A stretch of 64,000 bases of DNA, taken from sequence record PZ452578.1, one strand, 5' to 3'. How positions within the stretch are numbered: the stretch's first letter is position 1; the number at the start of each line of letters is the position of its first letter. This stretch comes from a phage. The notes under the pieces were generated by a model. The model saw only the letters and a list, made by a program, of their open reading frames with translations. It made no database searches and had not been told where the DNA came from. This document shows, piece by piece, positions 51,983 through 62,951 of this stretch. The position numbers were made by a program, and so were the translations under genes.

Positions 51983-54900
51983 ATGGCCGAGATTAAAAGA
52001 AAGTTCAGAGCAGAAGATGGTCTGGACGCAGGTGGCGATAAAATAATCAACGTAGCTTTAGCTGATCGTGCCGTAGGAACTGACGGTGTTAACGTTGATT
52101 ACTTAATTCAAGAAAACACAGTTCAACAATACGATCCAACTCGTGGATATTTAAAAGATTTTGTAATCATTTATGATAACCGCTTTTGGGCTGCTATAAA
52201 TGATATTCCAAAACCAGCAGGAGCTTTTAATAGCGTACGCTGGAGAGCGTTACGTACTGATGCAAACTGGACAACTGTTTCATCAGGACCTTATCAATTA
52301 AAATCGGGTGAATCAATTTCAGTTGATACTGCAGCTGGTAATGACATTACATTTACTTTACCATCTACCCCAATTGACGGTGATACTATCGTTCTCCAAG
52401 ATATTGGAGGAAAACCTGGAGTTAATCAAGTTTTAATTACAGCTCCGGTACAAAGCATTGTAAATTTTAGAGGTCAGCAAGTACGTTCAGTACTAATGAC
52501 TCATCCAAAATCACAGATAGTTTTAATTTTTAGTAATCGTCTGTGGCAAATGTATGTCGCTGATTATAGTAGAGAAGCTGTAGTTGTAACGCCTGCGAGT
52601 CTCTATCAGGCTCAATCAAACGATTTTATCGTACGTAGATTTACTTCTGCTTCAGCAATTAATATTAAACTTCCAAGATTTGCCAATCATGGCGATATTA
52701 TTAATTTCGTTGATTTGGATAAATTAAATCCTCTTTATCACACAATTGTTACTACATATGATGAAACAACTTCAGTACAAGAAGTTGGAACTCATTCCAT
52801 TGAAGGTCGTACATCGATTGACGGTTTCTTGATGTTTGATGATAATGAGAAATTGTGGAGATTGTTTGACGGGGATAGTAAAGCACGTTTACGCATTATA
52901 ACAACTAATTCTAATATTCGTCCAAATGAAGAAGTCATGGTATTTGGCGCGAATAATGGAACAACCCAAACAATTGAACTTCAGCTTCCGACTGATATTT
53001 CTGTTGGTGATACTGTCAAAATTTCCATGAATTACATGAGAAAAGGACAAACGGTTAAAATCAAAGCTGCAGGTGAAGATAAAATTGCTTCTTCAGTTCA
53101 ATTGCTGCAATTCCCAAAACGCTCAGAATATCCACTTGAAGCTGAGTGGGTTACAGTTCAAGAATTAGTTTTTAACGGTGAAACTAATTATGTTCCAGTT
53201 TTGGAGCTTGCTTATATTGAAGATTCTGATGGAAAATATTGGGTTGTACAGCAAAACGTTCCAACTGTAGAAAGAGTAGATTCTTTAAATGATTCTACTA
53301 GAGCAAGATTAGGGGTAATTGCTTTAGCTACACAAGCTCAAGCTAATGCTGATTTAGAAAATTCTCCACAAAAAGAATTGGCAATTACTCCAGAAACGTT
53401 AGCTAATCGTACTGCTACAGAAACTCGTAGAGGTATTGCAAGAATAGCAACTACTGCTCAAGTTAACCAGGATACTACATTCTCTTTTGCTGATGATATT
53501 ATCATCACTCCTAAAAAGCTGAATGAAAGAACAGCTACTGAAACTCGCAGAGGTGTTGCTGAAATTGCTACACAGCAAGAAACTAATACAGGAACCGATG
53601 ATACTACAATCATCACTCCTAAAAAGCTTCAAGCTCGACAAGGTTCTGAATCATTATCTGGTATTGTAACTTTTGTATCTACTGCAGGTGCTACTCCAGC
53701 TTCTAGCCGTGAATTAAATGGTACGAATGTTTATAATAAAAACACTAATAATTTAGTTGTTTCACCTAAAGCTTTGGATCAGTATAAAGCTACTCCAACA
53801 CAGCAAGGTGCAGTAATTTTAGCAGTTGAAAGTGAAGTAATTGCTGGACAAAGTCAGGAAGGATGGGCAAATGCGGTTGTAACGCCAGAAACGTTACATA
53901 AAAAGACATCAACTGATGGAAGAATTGGTTTAATTGAAATTGCTACGCAAAGTGAAGTTAATACAGGAACTGATTATACTCGTGCAGTCACTCCTAAAAC
54001 TTTAAATGACCGTAGAGCAACTGAAAGTTTAAGTGGTATAGCTGAAATTGCTACGCAAGTTGAATTCGACGCAGGCGTCGACGATACTCGTATCTCTACA
54101 CCATTAAAAATTAAAACCAGATTTAATAGTACTGATCGTACTTCTGTTGTTGCTCTATCTGGATTAGTTGAATCAGGAACTCTCTGGGACCATTATACCC
54201 TTAATATTCTTGAAGCAAACGAGACACAACGTGGTACACTTCGTGTAGCTACACAGGTCGAAGCTGCTGCAGGAACATTAGATAATGTTTTAATAACTCC
54301 TAAAAAGCTTTTAGGTACTAAATCTACTGAAGCGCAAGAAGGTGTTATTAAAGTTGCAACTCAGTCTGAAACTGTGACTGGAACGTCAACAAATACTGCT
54401 GTATCTCCAAAAAATTTAAAATGGATTGTGCAGAGTGAACCTACTTGGGCAGCAACTACTCTGATAAGAGGTTTTGTTAAAACTTCATCTGGTTCAATTA
54501 CATTCGTTGGTAATGATACGGTAGGTTCAACACAGCCATTAGAATCATATGAGAAAAATAGCTATGCAGTATCACCATATGAATTAAACCGTGTATTAGC
54601 AAATTATCTGCCGTTAAAAGCAAAAGCTGTAGATAGTAATTTATTGGATGGTCTAGATTCATCTCAGTTCATTCGTAGGGATATTGCACAGACGGTTAAT
54701 GGTTCACTAACCTTAACCCAACAAACGAATCTGAGTGCCCCTCTTGTATCATCTAGTACTGCTACGTTTGGTGGTTCAGTTACGGCAAATAGTGTACTAA
54801 CTATTTCTAATACTGGAACAGAAACTCATCTGATTTTTGAGAAAGGACCTCAAACTGGAACTAACCAAGCACAGACGGTGACTATTAGAGTGTGGGGTAA

Positions 54901-55852
54901 TCAATTTAGTGGGGAATCAGATACAACACGTTCTACTGTATTTGAAGTTGGTGATGAAACGTCTAATCACTTTTATTCTCAGCGCAATAAAGCTGGAAAT
55001 ATAACATTTAATATCAATGGTACAGTAACACCTATAAATGTTAATGCTTCAGGAACATTGAATGCAAATGGTGTAGCAACATTTGGTAATTCAGTCACTG
55101 CAACTGGTGAAATTATTTCTCGAAGCGCAAATGCTTTCCGTGCTATTAACGGAAATTATGGTTTCATTGTTCGCAATGATGGATCAGTAACGAATTTTAT
55201 GCTTACTGCATCGGGTGATCAGACTGGTGGATTTAATGGATTACGTCCTTTAGCTATTAATAATGCATCTGGCCAAGTAACGATTGGCGAAAGCTTAATT
55301 ATTGCCAAAGGTGCTACTATAAATTCAGGCGGTTTAACTGTTAACTCGAGAATTCGTTCTCATGGTACTAAAACATCTGATTTATACACCCGCGCGCCAA
55401 CATCTGATACTGTAGGATTCTGGTCAATCGATATTAATGATTCAGCTACTTATAACCAGTTCCCAGGTTATTTTAAGATGGTTGAAAAAACTAATGAAGT
55501 GACTGGACTTCCATACTTAGAACGTGGCGAAGAGGTTAAATCTCCTGGTACATTGACTCAGTTTGGTAACACACTTGATTCGCTTTACCAAGATTGGATT
55601 ACTTATCCAACTACCCCAGAAGCACGCACCACTCGCTGGACACGTACATGGCAGAAAACCAAAAATTCTTGGTCAAGTTTTGTTCAGGTATTTGATGGGG
55701 GTAACCCTCCTCAGCCATCTGATATTGGTGCTTTACCATCTGATAATGCTATAATGGGGAATCTTACTATTCGTGATTTCTTACGAATTGGTAATGTTCG
55801 CATTATTCCTGACCCAGTGAATAAAACGGTTAAATTTGAATGGGTTGAATAA
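51983..55852 (+). CDS. 34: Long tail fibre proximal subunit gp34
   Basis: 1289 aa, T4 gp34 length; internal tandem peptide repeats. Confidence 0.93.
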   Translation: MAEIKRKFRAEDGLDAGGDKIINVALADRAVGTDGVNVDYLIQENTVQQYDPTRGYLKDFVIIYDNRFWAAINDIPKPAGAFNSVRWRALRTDANWTTVSSGPYQLKSGESISVDTAAGNDITFTLPSTPIDGDTIVLQDIGGKPGVNQVLITAPVQSIVNFRGQQVRSVLMTHPKSQIVLIFSNRLWQMYVADYSREAVVVTPASLYQAQSNDFIVRRFTSASAINIKLPRFANHGDIINFVDLDKLNPLYHTIVTTYDETTSVQEVGTHSIEGRTSIDGFLMFDDNEKLWRLFDGDSKARLRIITTNSNIRPNEEVMVFGANNGTTQTIELQLPTDISVGDTVKISMNYMRKGQTVKIKAAGEDKIASSVQLLQFPKRSEYPLEAEWVTVQELVFNGETNYVPVLELAYIEDSDGKYWVVQQNVPTVERVDSLNDSTRARLGVIALATQAQANADLENSPQKELAITPETLANRTATETRRGIARIATTAQVNQDTTFSFADDIIITPKKLNERTATETRRGVAEIATQQETNTGTDDTTIITPKKLQARQGSESLSGIVTFVSTAGATPASSRELNGTNVYNKNTNNLVVSPKALDQYKATPTQQGAVILAVESEVIAGQSQEGWANAVVTPETLHKKTSTDGRIGLIEIATQSEVNTGTDYTRAVTPKTLNDRRATESLSGIAEIATQVEFDAGVDDTRISTPLKIKTRFNSTDRTSVVALSGLVESGTLWDHYTLNILEANETQRGTLRVATQVEAAAGTLDNVLITPKKLLGTKSTEAQEGVIKVATQSETVTGTSTNTAVSPKNLKWIVQSEPTWAATTLIRGFVKTSSGSITFVGNDTVGSTQPLESYEKNSYAVSPYELNRVLANYLPLKAKAVDSNLLDGLDSSQFIRRDIAQTVNGSLTLTQQTNLSAPLVSSSTATFGGSVTANSVLTISNTGTETHLIFEKGPQTGTNQAQTVTIRVWGNQFSGESDTTRSTVFEVGDETSNHFYSQRNKAGNITFNINGTVTPINVNASGTLNANGVATFGNSVTATGEIISRSANAFRAINGNYGFIVRNDGSVTNFMLTASGDQTGGFNGLRPLAINNASGQVTIGESLIIAKGATINSGGLTVNSRIRSHGTKTSDLYTRAPTSDTVGFWSIDINDSATYNQFPGYFKMVEKTNEVTGLPYLERGEEVKSPGTLTQFGNTLDSLYQDWITYPTTPEARTTRWTRTWQKTKNSWSSFVQVFDGGNPPQPSDIGALPSDNAIMGNLTIRDFLRIGNVRIIPDPVNKTVKFEWVE
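53390..54425 (+). repeat. Tandem degenerate repeats of about 36 codons inside gene 34
   Basis: About seven copies of the pattern T-x-x-R-G-x-x-x-I-A-T-x-x-E-x-x-x-G-T-D-x-T-x-x-x-T-P-K-x-L in the gp34 translation. Confidence 0.75.
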
Positions 55853-55860
55853 GAGGTATT

Positions 55861-56976
55861 ATGGAAAAATTTATGGCAAAGTTTGGACAAGGATATGTCC
55901 AAACGCCATTTTTATCGGAAAGTAATTCAGTAAGATATAAAATAAGCATAGCGGGTTCTTGCCCGCTTTCTACAGCAGGACCATATGTCAAATTTCAGGA
56001 TAATCCTATTGGAAGTCAAACATTTAGCACAGGACTTCATTTAAGAGTTTTTGACCCTTCTACAGGAGCATTAGTTGATAGTAAGTCATATGCTTTTTCG
56101 ACTTCAAATGATACTACATCAGCTGCTTTTGTTAGTTTCATGAATTCTTTTTCAAACAACAGACTTGTTGCTATATTAACAAGTGGAAAGGTTAATTTTC
56201 CTCCTGAGGTAGTATCTTGGCTAAGATCCGCGGGAACGTCTGCTTTTCCATCTGATTCTATATTGTCAAGATTTGACGTATCATATGCTGCCTTTTATAC
56301 TTCTTCTAAAAGAGCTATTGCATTAGAACATGTTAAACTAAGTAATAGAAAAAGCACAGATGATTATCAAACTATTTTAGATGTTGTATTTGATAGTTTA
56401 GAAGACGTTGGAGCTACCGGGTTTCCAAGAAGAACGTATGAAAGCGTTGAGCAATTTATGTCAGCGGTTGGTGGAACTAATAACGAAATTGCACGTTTAC
56501 CAACTTCATCCGCGATAAGTAAATTATCTGATTATAATTTAATTCCTGGCGATGTTCTTTATCTTAAAGCGCAGCTATATGCTGATGCCGATTTACTTGC
56601 GCTTGGAACTACAAATATATCTATCCGTTTTTATGATGAATCGAATGGATATATTTCTTCAACACATGCTGAGTTTACTGGACAAGCTGAGTCATGGGAA
56701 TTAAAGGAAGACTATGTAGTTGTTCCTGAAAATGCAGTAGGATTTACGATATATGCACAAAGAACTGCACAAGCAGGTCAAGGTGGCATGAGGAATTTAA
56801 GTTTTTCTGAAGTATCAAGAAATGGCGGAATTTCAAAACCTGCAGAATTTGGCGTCAATGGTATTCGAGTTAATTATGTCTGTGAATCTGCTTCACCTCC
56901 AGATATAATGGTACTTCCTACACAAGCATCGTCTAAAACTGGTAAAGTGTTTGGACAAGAATTTAGAGAAGTTTAA
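55861..56976 (+). CDS. 35: Long tail fibre hinge connector gp35
   Basis: 371 aa versus 372 in T4; synteny 34-35-36-37. Confidence 0.88.
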   Translation: MEKFMAKFGQGYVQTPFLSESNSVRYKISIAGSCPLSTAGPYVKFQDNPIGSQTFSTGLHLRVFDPSTGALVDSKSYAFSTSNDTTSAAFVSFMNSFSNNRLVAILTSGKVNFPPEVVSWLRSAGTSAFPSDSILSRFDVSYAAFYTSSKRAIALEHVKLSNRKSTDDYQTILDVVFDSLEDVGATGFPRRTYESVEQFMSAVGGTNNEIARLPTSSAISKLSDYNLIPGDVLYLKAQLYADADLLALGTTNISIRFYDESNGYISSTHAEFTGQAESWELKEDYVVVPENAVGFTIYAQRTAQAGQGGMRNLSFSEVSRNGGISKPAEFGVNGIRVNYVCESASPPDIMVLPTQASSKTGKVFGQEFREV

Positions 56977-56981
56977 ATTGA

Positions 56982-57007
56982 GGGAGCCTTCGGGTTCCCT
57001 TTTTCTT
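56982..57007 (+). terminator. Rho-independent terminator after gene 35
   Basis: GGGAGCC-TTCG-GGTTCCC hairpin (one G-U pair) followed by TTTTTCTTT. Confidence 0.8.
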
Positions 57008-57015
57008 TATAAATA
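57008..57015 (+). promoter_or_regulatory. T4-type late promoter TATAAATA for gene 36
   Basis: Exact octamer 24 nt upstream of the ATG at 57039. Confidence 0.65.
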
Positions 57016-57038
57016 CTATTAAAATAAAGGGGCATACA

Positions 57039-57695
57039 ATGGCTGATTTAAAAGTAGGTTCAACAACCGGAGGCTCTGTCATTTGGCATCAAGGAAATTT
57101 TCCATTGAATCCAGCCGGTGACGATGTACTCTATAAATCATTTAAAATATATTCAGAATATAACAAACCGCAGGCTGCTGATAACGATTTTGTTTCTAAA
57201 GCTAATGGTGGTACTTATTTAAATAAAGTAATTTTTAATAAAGGAATGACTGTTCCTGGCGCAGGGTCAGGCGATAATGGTATTTTTGCTGGTCCTGGTG
57301 ATAGTGCCACGTATGATACTACAAATATGGATATTGTTTCGTGGTATGGTATTGGTTTTAAATCATCACAAGGAACAGCAGGTAGAACTGTAGTAATTAA
57401 CACACGAAATGGAGATATTAGCTCAAAGGGCGTAATTGAAGCATCACAAATCCGTGTAACTTCGTTATCACCAGTAAATAATTATGACCTTACGCGGAAA
57501 GATTATGTTGATGGAGCAATAAATATTGTTACAGCAAACGCAAACTCTAGGGTATTACGCTCTGGAGACACTATGACAGGAAATTTAACTGCGCCAAACC
57601 TTTTTTCACAGAATCCTGCATCTCAACCCTCACATGTTCCACGATTTGATCAAATTGTTATTAAGGATTCTGTTCAAGATTTCGGCTATTATTAA
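57039..57695 (+). CDS. 36: Long tail fibre distal connector gp36
   Basis: 218 aa versus 221 in T4. Confidence 0.88.
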   Translation: MADLKVGSTTGGSVIWHQGNFPLNPAGDDVLYKSFKIYSEYNKPQAADNDFVSKANGGTYLNKVIFNKGMTVPGAGSGDNGIFAGPGDSATYDTTNMDIVSWYGIGFKSSQGTAGRTVVINTRNGDISSKGVIEASQIRVTSLSPVNNYDLTRKDYVDGAINIVTANANSRVLRSGDTMTGNLTAPNLFSQNPASQPSHVPRFDQIVIKDSVQDFGYY

Positions 57696-57703
57696 GAGGA
57701 CTT

Positions 57704-60700
57704 ATGGCTACTTTAAAACAAATACAATTTAAAAGAAGCAAAACTGCAGGAGCACGTCCTGCCGCTTCAGTATTAGCCGAAGGTGAATTGGCTATAAACT
57801 TAAAAGACCGTGTACTTTTTACTAAAGATGACCAAGGAAATATTATTGATTTAGGTTTTGCTAAAGGCGGTAGCATTGACGGGAATGTTATTCATAAAGG
57901 CAATTATAACCAAACTGGTGATTATACTTTAAATGGCACATTCACTCAGACAGGTAATTTTAATTTAACTGGTATTGCTCGAGTAACTCGTGATATTATT
58001 GCCGCCGGGCAGATTATGACTGAAGGCGGAGAACTTATTACAAAAAGTTCAGGTACAGCGCATGTTCGTTTTTTCGATGGCAATAGTCGCGAACGTGGAA
58101 TCATTTATGCCCCGGCTAATGACGGTTTAACTACACAAGTACTTAATATCAGGGTTCAAGACTATGCCGCTGGTAGCGAAAGCACTTATGCATTTTCAGG
58201 CAGTGGCCTATTTACTTCACCTGAAGTATCAGCATGGAAATCTATTTCGTCTCCACAAATTCTGACCGACAAAGTCATTACAGACGGGAAGAAGGCAGGC
58301 GATTATGACATCTATTCATTAGCAAATAACACCCCATTATCTGAAAGCACTACTGCTATTAATCATCTTCGTGTCATGCGTAATGCAGTCGGTTCTGGTA
58401 TTTTCCATGAAGTTAAAGATAATGATGGGATAACCTGGTATGCCGGTGACGGGTTGGAGGCTTATCTTTGGTCGTTTACGTGGTCCGGTGGGTTGAAAGC
58501 GGGTCATTCTATTTCTATAGGTACCCCAGGCGGTCCAAAAGGATATTCTGAATTAGGAACGGCCTCAATTGTTCTTGGGGATAATGATACCGGATTTAAA
58601 TGGCATCAGGACGGATATTATTTCAGCGTTAATAATGGAACAAAAACGTTTTTATTTAGTCCCAGCGAAACAACTAGCCTAAGAAAATTTGTAGCTGGAT
58701 ATTCTACTAATGGAACCGATTTAACTACTCCTCCAACTGAAAATTATGCTCTTGCTACTGTCGTGACATATCACGATAATAACGCGTTTGGAGATGGCCA
58801 GACTCTTTTAGGATATTATCAAGGCGGTAATTATCATCATTATTTCCGCGGTAAGGGTACCACAAACATTAATACTCATGGCGGTTTGTTAGTTACTCCA
58901 GGTAATATTGATGTTATTGGCGGTTCTGTTAATATTGATGGTATAAATAATGCTTCTACCCTGCTATTTAGAGGCAACACAACTGGTAGTAGTTCAGTTG
59001 ATAATATGACAATTTCCGTTTGGGGCAATACGTTTACTAATCCTAGTGTAGGTAATCGTAAAAACGTCATGGAAATTTCTGATGCAACTAGTTGGATGAG
59101 CTATATTCAAAGACTTACAACAGGTGAAGTAGAAATGAACGTTAATGGTTCATTTGAATCATCTGGTGTTACTGCTGGAAATAGAGGAGTTCACACAACA
59201 GGCGAAATTTCATCTGGTGCAGTGAATGCGCTTCGCATTTGGAATGCAGATTATGGAGCCATTTTTAGACGTTCAGAAGGTAGTCTTCATATTATTCCAA
59301 CTGCTTACGGTGAAGGTAAACACGGCGATATCGGTCCACTTCGCCCATTTAGTATGGCTTTAGATACTGGTAAAGTTACTATTCCAGATTTACAATCAAG
59401 TTACAATACGTTCGCTGCTAACGGTTATATTAAATTTGTTGGTCATGGAGCGGGTGCCGGCGGTTATGACATTCAATATGTTCAAGCGGCTCCTATTTTC
59501 CAGGAAATCGATGATGATGCTGTAAGCAAATATTATCCTATTGTTAAACAGAAGTTTCTAAACGGTAAATCCGTTTGGTCTTTAGGTACTGAAATTAATT
59601 CAGGTACATTCGTTATTCATCATCTGAAAGAAGATGGTTCACAAGGCCATACGTCTCGTTTTAATCAAGACGGTACTGTTAACTTCCCAGATAACGTTCA
59701 GGTCGGCGGCGGTGAAGCTACTATTGCTCGTAATGGTAATATTTTCTCAGATATTTGGAAACCGTTTACTTCTGCCGGTGATACTACAAATATTCGCGAT
59801 GCTATTGCGACTCGTGTTTCGAAAGAAGGCGACACGATGACCGGTAAGTTGATTATTAGAAGAGATTCTGACGCTATTAACTTAGCTGCGCCTTCGACAA
59901 CTGATGCAAGTTACCTTCTTTCTACAGGAGCTGGTGAAAATCTATGGTATATTGGTAAAGGCGGCGCTGATAATACTGTATCATTCTACAACTATAAAAC
60001 CAGTGGGGCTGTGCAAATTAACTCTATTGGTGAAATCGCGCTGATTCCACAAGGTGCTGCAACATTTAACTTCAACCGCGATCGTCTCTATATAAATGGG
60101 TCTCAATGGACTGCACATCAAGCTGGTGACTGGGTTAACCAATGGCGTCAAGAAGCTCCTATATTTGTGGATTTTGGTAGTGTCGGCAATGACTGCTATT
60201 ATCCTATTATTAAAGGAAAATCTGTTATTACGAATGAAGGATACGTATCTGGTGTTGATTTCGGTATGCGCCGTATCACTAACCAATGGGCTCAGGCTAT
60301 TATTCGTGTTGGTAACCAGGAAAATGCTAGCGATCCGCAAGCTATCTTCGAATTCCACCATAATGGAAACATGTACGTTCCTGACATGGTTAAAGCTGGA
60401 GTAAGATTATCAGCTGGTGGAGGTGACCCTGCATGGACAGGCGCATGTGTTGTTATTGGTGATAATGACACTGGGTTAGTTCATGGCGGTGACGGTCGTA
60501 TTAACATGGTTGCAAATGGAGTGCATATTGCTTCATGGTCGGCCGCTTACCATCTCCATGAAGGTCTTTGGGATACCACTGGTGCTTTGTGGACTGAACA
60601 AGGAAGAGCTATTATTTCTTTTGGTCATTTAGTCCAACAAAGCGATGCCTATTCCACATTTGTCCGCGATGTTTATGTCCGTTCTGATATTCGTGTTAAA

Positions 60701-61018
60701 AAAGACCTTGTTAAATTTGAAAATGCTTCTGAGAAGCTTTCTAAAATTAACGGTTACACTTATATGCAGAAGCGAGGCCTAGATGAAGAAGGCAATCAGA
60801 AATGGGAACCTAACGCCGGTTTGATAGCTCAAGAAGTTCAAGCTATTTTGCCTGAATTAGTTGAAGGTGACCCTGATGGCGAAGCTTTACTTCGTTTGAA
60901 CTATAACGGTGTAATTGGTTTAAATACAGCTGCAATCAATGAGCATACTGCAGAAATTGCGGAACTTAAATCAGAAATTGAAGAACTTAAAGCATTAGTT
61001 AAATCATTGTTAAAATAA
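57704..61018 (+). CDS. 37: Long tail fibre distal subunit gp37 with C-terminal chaperone-like domain
   Basis: 1104 aa; N-terminus [46 protein letters not shown] typical of gp37; C-terminal 115 aa resembles self-cleaving intramolecular chaperone domains and ends in a coiled-coil-like stretch. Confidence 0.9.
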   Translation: MATLKQIQFKRSKTAGARPAASVLAEGELAINLKDRVLFTKDDQGNIIDLGFAKGGSIDGNVIHKGNYNQTGDYTLNGTFTQTGNFNLTGIARVTRDIIAAGQIMTEGGELITKSSGTAHVRFFDGNSRERGIIYAPANDGLTTQVLNIRVQDYAAGSESTYAFSGSGLFTSPEVSAWKSISSPQILTDKVITDGKKAGDYDIYSLANNTPLSESTTAINHLRVMRNAVGSGIFHEVKDNDGITWYAGDGLEAYLWSFTWSGGLKAGHSISIGTPGGPKGYSELGTASIVLGDNDTGFKWHQDGYYFSVNNGTKTFLFSPSETTSLRKFVAGYSTNGTDLTTPPTENYALATVVTYHDNNAFGDGQTLLGYYQGGNYHHYFRGKGTTNINTHGGLLVTPGNIDVIGGSVNIDGINNASTLLFRGNTTGSSSVDNMTISVWGNTFTNPSVGNRKNVMEISDATSWMSYIQRLTTGEVEMNVNGSFESSGVTAGNRGVHTTGEISSGAVNALRIWNADYGAIFRRSEGSLHIIPTAYGEGKHGDIGPLRPFSMALDTGKVTIPDLQSSYNTFAANGYIKFVGHGAGAGGYDIQYVQAAPIFQEIDDDAVSKYYPIVKQKFLNGKSVWSLGTEINSGTFVIHHLKEDGSQGHTSRFNQDGTVNFPDNVQVGGGEATIARNGNIFSDIWKPFTSAGDTTNIRDAIATRVSKEGDTMTGKLIIRRDSDAINLAAPSTTDASYLLSTGAGENLWYIGKGGADNTVSFYNYKTSGAVQINSIGEIALIPQGAATFNFNRDRLYINGSQWTAHQAGDWVNQWRQEAPIFVDFGSVGNDCYYPIIKGKSVITNEGYVSGVDFGMRRITNQWAQAIIRVGNQENASDPQAIFEFHHNGNMYVPDMVKAGVRLSAGGGDPAWTGACVVIGDNDTGLVHGGDGRINMVANGVHIASWSAAYHLHEGLWDTTGALWTEQGRAIISFGHLVQQSDAYSTFVRDVYVRSDIRVKKDLVKFENASEKLSKINGYTYMQKRGLDEEGNQKWEPNAGLIAQEVQAILPELVEGDPDGEALLRLNYNGVIGLNTAAINEHTAEIAELKSEIEELKALVKSLLK

Positions 61019-61023
61019 TAAGA

Positions 61024-61037
61024 GGGGCTTCGGCCCC
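61024..61037 (+). other. GC hairpin between genes 37 and 38, no U-tract
   Basis: GGGGC-TTCG-GCCCC followed by TTGGAGG (the gene 38 RBS); may be an RNA stability or processing element rather than a terminator. Confidence 0.5.
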
Positions 61038-61049
61038 TTGGAGGTTTAT

Positions 61050-61826
61050 ATGGCAGTAACAGGACCGTGGGTAGGATCGTCTGCAGTAGTTAATACAGGA
61101 CAAAATTGGATGGGTGGCGCGGCCCAACGATTAAGAATGGGTGCTCCATTTTGGATGAGTAATATGATAGGTCGATCTGTTGAAATAATTCACACGCTTG
61201 GAGCAGACCATAACTTCAATGGTCAATGGTTCCGAGATAGATGTTTTGAGGCAGGTAGTGCACCTATAGTGTTTAATATCACTGGAGATTTAGTATCATA
61301 TTCTAAAGATGTTCCTTTATTCTTCATGTATGGAGATACACCGAATGAATATGTTCAGTTGAATATACACGGCGTAACGATGTATGGACGTGGCGGTAAT
61401 GGCGGTAGCAATAGTCCTGGTTCAGCTGGGGGTCATTGTATTCAAAATGATATTGGTGGGAGACTAAGAATTAATAATGGCGGAGCTATTGCTGGAGGTG
61501 GCGGTGGCGGCGGCGGCGGATATTATTCTCCTTTTTCACGAATGAGATTGACTTTTGGCGGGGGCGGCGGGCGTCCGTTTGGCGCACCGGGCGGATCTAT
61601 TGATATGCAATCAGGAGCAACTGCTGGTACTATTTCTGCGCCTGGCGCAGGGTCTGTGAACGGTATCTATAGCGGCGGTGGCGGTGGCGAAGTTGGCTCC
61701 GCAGGAGGTAGATGTAATATTCGTGGTCAAGGATCTGAATACGACGGCGGAGCTGCTGGTTATGCCGTCATAGGGTCTACACCGACATGGCAAAACGTTG
61801 GAGCAATATATGGTCCAAGAGTATAA
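61050..61826 (+). CDS. 38: Receptor-recognising adhesin gp38 (T2-type, glycine-rich)
   Basis: ORF track starts at a TTG; the ATG at 61050 has a GGAGG RBS and gives 258 aa; C-terminal half has several Gly runs (GGGGGGGG, GGGGG, GGGGG) separated by short variable segments. Confidence 0.85.
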   Translation: MAVTGPWVGSSAVVNTGQNWMGGAAQRLRMGAPFWMSNMIGRSVEIIHTLGADHNFNGQWFRDRCFEAGSAPIVFNITGDLVSYSKDVPLFFMYGDTPNEYVQLNIHGVTMYGRGGNGGSNSPGSAGGHCIQNDIGGRLRINNGGAIAGGGGGGGGGYYSPFSRMRLTFGGGGGRPFGAPGGSIDMQSGATAGTISAPGAGSVNGIYSGGGGGEVGSAGGRCNIRGQGSEYDGGAAGYAVIGSTPTWQNVGAIYGPRV

Positions 61827-61856
61827 TTTGAATAAATATCCTTAAAAGGAGGGTCT

Positions 61857-62513
61857 ATGGCAGCACCTAGAATATCATTTTCGCCCTCTGATATTCTGTT
61901 GGGTGTTCTAGATCGCTTGTTCAAAGATAACGCTACCGGGAAGGTTCTTGCTTCCCGAGTAGCTGTCGTAATTCTTTTATTTATGATGGCGATTGTTTGG
62001 TATAGGGGAGATAGTTTCTTTGAGTACTATAAGCAATCAAAGTATGAAACATACAGTGAAATTATTGAAAAGGAAAGAAATGCACGCTTTGAATCTGTCG
62101 CCCTGGAACAACTCCAGATAGTTCATATATCATCTGAGGCAGACTTTAGTGCGGTGTATTCTTTCCGCCCTAAAAACTTAAACTATTTTGTTGATATTAT
62201 AGCATACGAAGGAAAATTACCTTCAACAATAAGTGAAAAATCACTTGGAGGATATCCTGTTGATAAAACTATGGATGAATATACAGTTCATTTAAATGGA
62301 CGTCATTATTATTCCAACTCAAAATTTGCTTTTTTACCAACTAAAAAGCCTACTCCCGAAATAAACTACATGTACAGTTGTCCATATTTTAATTTGGATA
62401 ATATCTATGCTGGAACGATAACCATGTACTGGTATAGAAATGATCATATAAGTAATGACCGCCTTGAATCAATATGTGCTCAGGCGGCCAGAATATTAGG
62501 AAGGGCTAAATAA
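61857..62513 (+). CDS. t: Holin t
   Basis: 218 aa, T4 T holin length; single N-terminal transmembrane segment; downstream of 38. Confidence 0.9.
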   Translation: MAAPRISFSPSDILLGVLDRLFKDNATGKVLASRVAVVILLFMMAIVWYRGDSFFEYYKQSKYETYSEIIEKERNARFESVALEQLQIVHISSEADFSAVYSFRPKNLNYFVDIIAYEGKLPSTISEKSLGGYPVDKTMDEYTVHLNGRHYYSNSKFAFLPTKKPTPEINYMYSCPYFNLDNIYAGTITMYWYRNDHISNDRLESICAQAARILGRAK

Positions 62514-62786
62514 TTATTTGTTCGTATACATCTCTAGATATCGATATACACCCTCAAAACCCTCGTTGAATTCGTCGATGAGGGTTTTCTTATCTTCTTG
62601 GGTTAATTCAGAAACAATTTTACGGAATGAATTCTGATTTAACTTTCTACCTTCATGCATTACTCCAATCTCATTCAGAAATGCAATAAAATTAGCACGA
62701 TTCTCAACAATATCTTCTCTGGAAAATTTAATCAAAATAGACGCAATAGTAATAATTTCACGAACTGTATCAATGTTTTTATTCAT
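62514..62786 (-). CDS. asiA: Anti-sigma70 protein AsiA
   Basis: 90 aa, T4 AsiA length and sequence recognised; convergent with t with no spacer. Confidence 0.9.
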   Translation of the reverse strand: MNKNIDTVREIITIASILIKFSREDIVENRANFIAFLNEIGVMHEGRKLNQNSFRKIVSELTQEDKKTLIDEFNEGFEGVYRYLEMYTNK

Positions 62787-62798
62787 TAACTATACCAC

Positions 62799-62951
62799 TC
62801 AATTAGTTGACTTTATTATAATATCATCAGACACTTGATTTGTAAACTGGTCTGTGTTATTTTCTTCAAAAATTTTTTCTACGAATTCCTTGAACGACTC
62901 GCGTTCCTGAGCTGCATTATGCTCGATTACCATTTCAAGATTATGACTCAT
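62799..62951 (-). CDS. Hypothetical small protein (not in ORF track)
   Basis: 50 aa ORF found by manual translation (MSHNLEMVIEHNAAQERESFKEF...); its ATG overlaps the arn stop as ATGA. Confidence 0.5.
   Translation of the reverse strand: MSHNLEMVIEHNAAQERESFKEFVEKIFEENNTDQFTNQVSDDIIIKSTN
62818..62846 (-). promoter_or_regulatory. Sigma70-like early promoter for asiA (-35 TTTACA, 17 bp, -10 TATTAT)
   Basis: Minus strand AGTTTACAAATCAAGTGTCTGATGATATTAT, embedded in the 3' end of the upstream small ORF. Confidence 0.6.

Noticed and set aside
61038-61049. TTG start for gene 38 from the ORF track
   Set aside because: The ATG at 61050 sits 5 nt downstream of a GGAGG RBS; the TTG lies inside the upstream hairpin.
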